Below, piece by piece: positions 56,851-64,000 of a DNA stretch of 64,000 nucleotides (the stretch's first letter is position 1; every line of letters begins with the position of its first letter). The position numbers and the translations under genes are program-made. The notes beneath the pieces are model-generated. The model was given only the letters and a program-made list of their open reading frames with translations, was not told the DNA's origin and ran no database searches. Origin of the DNA: Zygnema circumcarinatum SAG 698-1b (lineage: Eukaryota; Plantae; Zygnematophyceae); assembly GCA_037447605.1 (NCBI GenBank), contig CM074822.1, positions 1,139,492 to 1,203,491 of the forward strand. Reading direction: 5' to 3'.

Positions 56851-56984
56851 CCAAAATTCAAAGCCAAAAACCCACAACAAAGCAATGAACACTTTCATTC
56901 AAAAACTAAAAACTCTGAAAACAAAACTTCCGTGATTCCTTAATTTTTTTTTCCTGTCTTTACCTCTCCCTCCGCCTCCCTCTC

Positions 56985-62734
<5,750 letters not shown>

Positions 62735-62814
62735 CTGTTCCGTTTTCCGTTGGGTTAAGTGGAACACAAGATGAGTAAGGTTGAAAGGATGTAGAGGGAA
62801 GGGGTGGGGGGAAG

Positions 62815-63855
62815 GGGGTTGGGAGGGGGGAGGGAAGGGGGAGGGAGGGGAGGGGAGGAGGGAGGGAGGGGGGAGGGAAGGGGAAGGGAGGGGGAGGGAG
62901 GGGGAGGGGGAGGGAAGGAGGAGGGAGGGAGGGAGGGGAGGGAGGGAGGAGGGGAGGGGAGGGGAGGGAAGGGGAAGGGGAGGGAGGAGGGAGGGAGGGG
63001 AGGGGGAGGGAAGAGTGGGGGGGGTGGGAGGGGAGGGAAGGGGGGAGGGAAGGGGAAGGGAGGGGGAGGGGAGGGAGGGGGAGGGAAGGGGGAGGGAGGG
63101 GGAGGGAAGGGGGAGGGAAGGGGGATAGGGGAAGAAAGGGGGTGGGAGGAGGGGAGGGAAGGGGAAGGGGTGGGGAGGGTGGGGGAGGGAAGGGGGAGGG
63201 AGGGGGGAGGGAAGGGGAAGGGAGGGGGGAGGGGAAGGGACGGGGGAGGGAAGGGGGGAGCGGGGGAGTGGGGAGGGAAGGGGGAGGGAGGGGAGGGTGG
63301 GAGGGGGAGGGAAGGGGGAGGGAGGGGAGGTGGGGAAGGGGAGGGATGAGGAGGGAAGGGGAAGGGAGGGGGAGGGAGGGGGGAGGGAAGGGGAGGAGGG
63401 AGGGAGGGAGGGGAGGGAGGGGAGGGAAAGGAAGAGGGGGCTGGGAGGGGGAAGGTGGAGGGAAGGTGAAGGGAGGGGGAGGGAGGGAGGGGGAAGGGGA
63501 GGGAGGGGGTTGGGAGGGGGAAGGGGGAGGGAAGTGGGAGGGAGGTGGGGATGGGGAGGGACGGGGGAGGAAAGGGGGGGGTGGGAGGGGGAAGGGATAG
63601 GGGAGGTGGGGGTGGATGGGGGAGGGAAGGGGAGAGGGAGGGAGGGGAGGGAAGGGAATGGAGGAGGGAGGGGGAGGGAGGGGGAGGGAGGGGGAGGGAA
63701 GGGGGAGGAGGGGAGGGAAGGGGGAGGGGAAGGGACGGGGAGGGAAGGGGAGGGAGGGGGAGGGGAGGGAGGGGGAGGGAAGGAGGAGGGAGGGGAGGGG
63801 GAAGGGGGAGGGAAGGGGAAGGGAGGGGGAGGGGAGGGAGGGAGGGTGGGGGGGT
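62815..63855. repeat. G-rich homopurine tract in an RRP45 intron
   Basis: GGGGA/GGGAA units over ~1 kb. Confidence 0.95.
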
Positions 63856-64000
63856 TTGGGAAAGCAAAATGGGAGGAAGAAGGCATTGGGAGAGTGAGTG
63901 GAGAGAGGGGGGGAGAGAAAAAGGGAGAGAAAGACAAGAGAAAGTGAGGGATCGGGAGGGAGAGAGAGGGCGGAAGGGGAAAAGAAAGAGGGAGAGTGAG

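Overview
Eukaryotic nuclear DNA from a green plant. The gene set (EID1-like F-box, GT92 galactan synthase, golgin candidate 2, transit-peptide plastocyanin) and plant-type tRNA/5S sequences point to a streptophyte, most plausibly a charophyte-grade alga; the species cannot be determined. Manual exon reconstruction (GT-AG junctions, phases checked) gives about 13 recognisable spliced or intronless genes: APC4 (5' end), golgin-84/GC2, mitochondrial bL36, UQCC1/CBP3, a ClpF-like UVR-YccV protein, GALS/GT92, PET191/COA5, a bacterial-type DUF2252 kinase-like gene, plastocyanin, an EID1-like F-box, a bestrophin, ACBP and RRP45. There is also one unidentified gene fragment. Pol III genes: intron-containing tRNA-Met(CAT) and tRNA-Ser(GCT), and a solitary 5S rRNA. 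Mobile and repeat content: a decayed CRE-like non-LTR retrotransposon, a Tc1/pogo-like MITE family, a 1-kb nested palindrome, a compound minisatellite upstream of plastocyanin, intronic telomere-like arrays and many homopurine tracts. Almost all long ORFs in the supplied track are low-complexity artefacts. The assembly has many N gaps, so repeat lengths and the RRP45 exon duplication need read-level checks. Family assignments are from recalled motifs; no search was run. No complete novel multi-gene system is demonstrable. The best leads are the DUF2252 gene (possible horizontal transfer), a dispersed two-hairpin element, the nested palindrome and the compound minisatellite.
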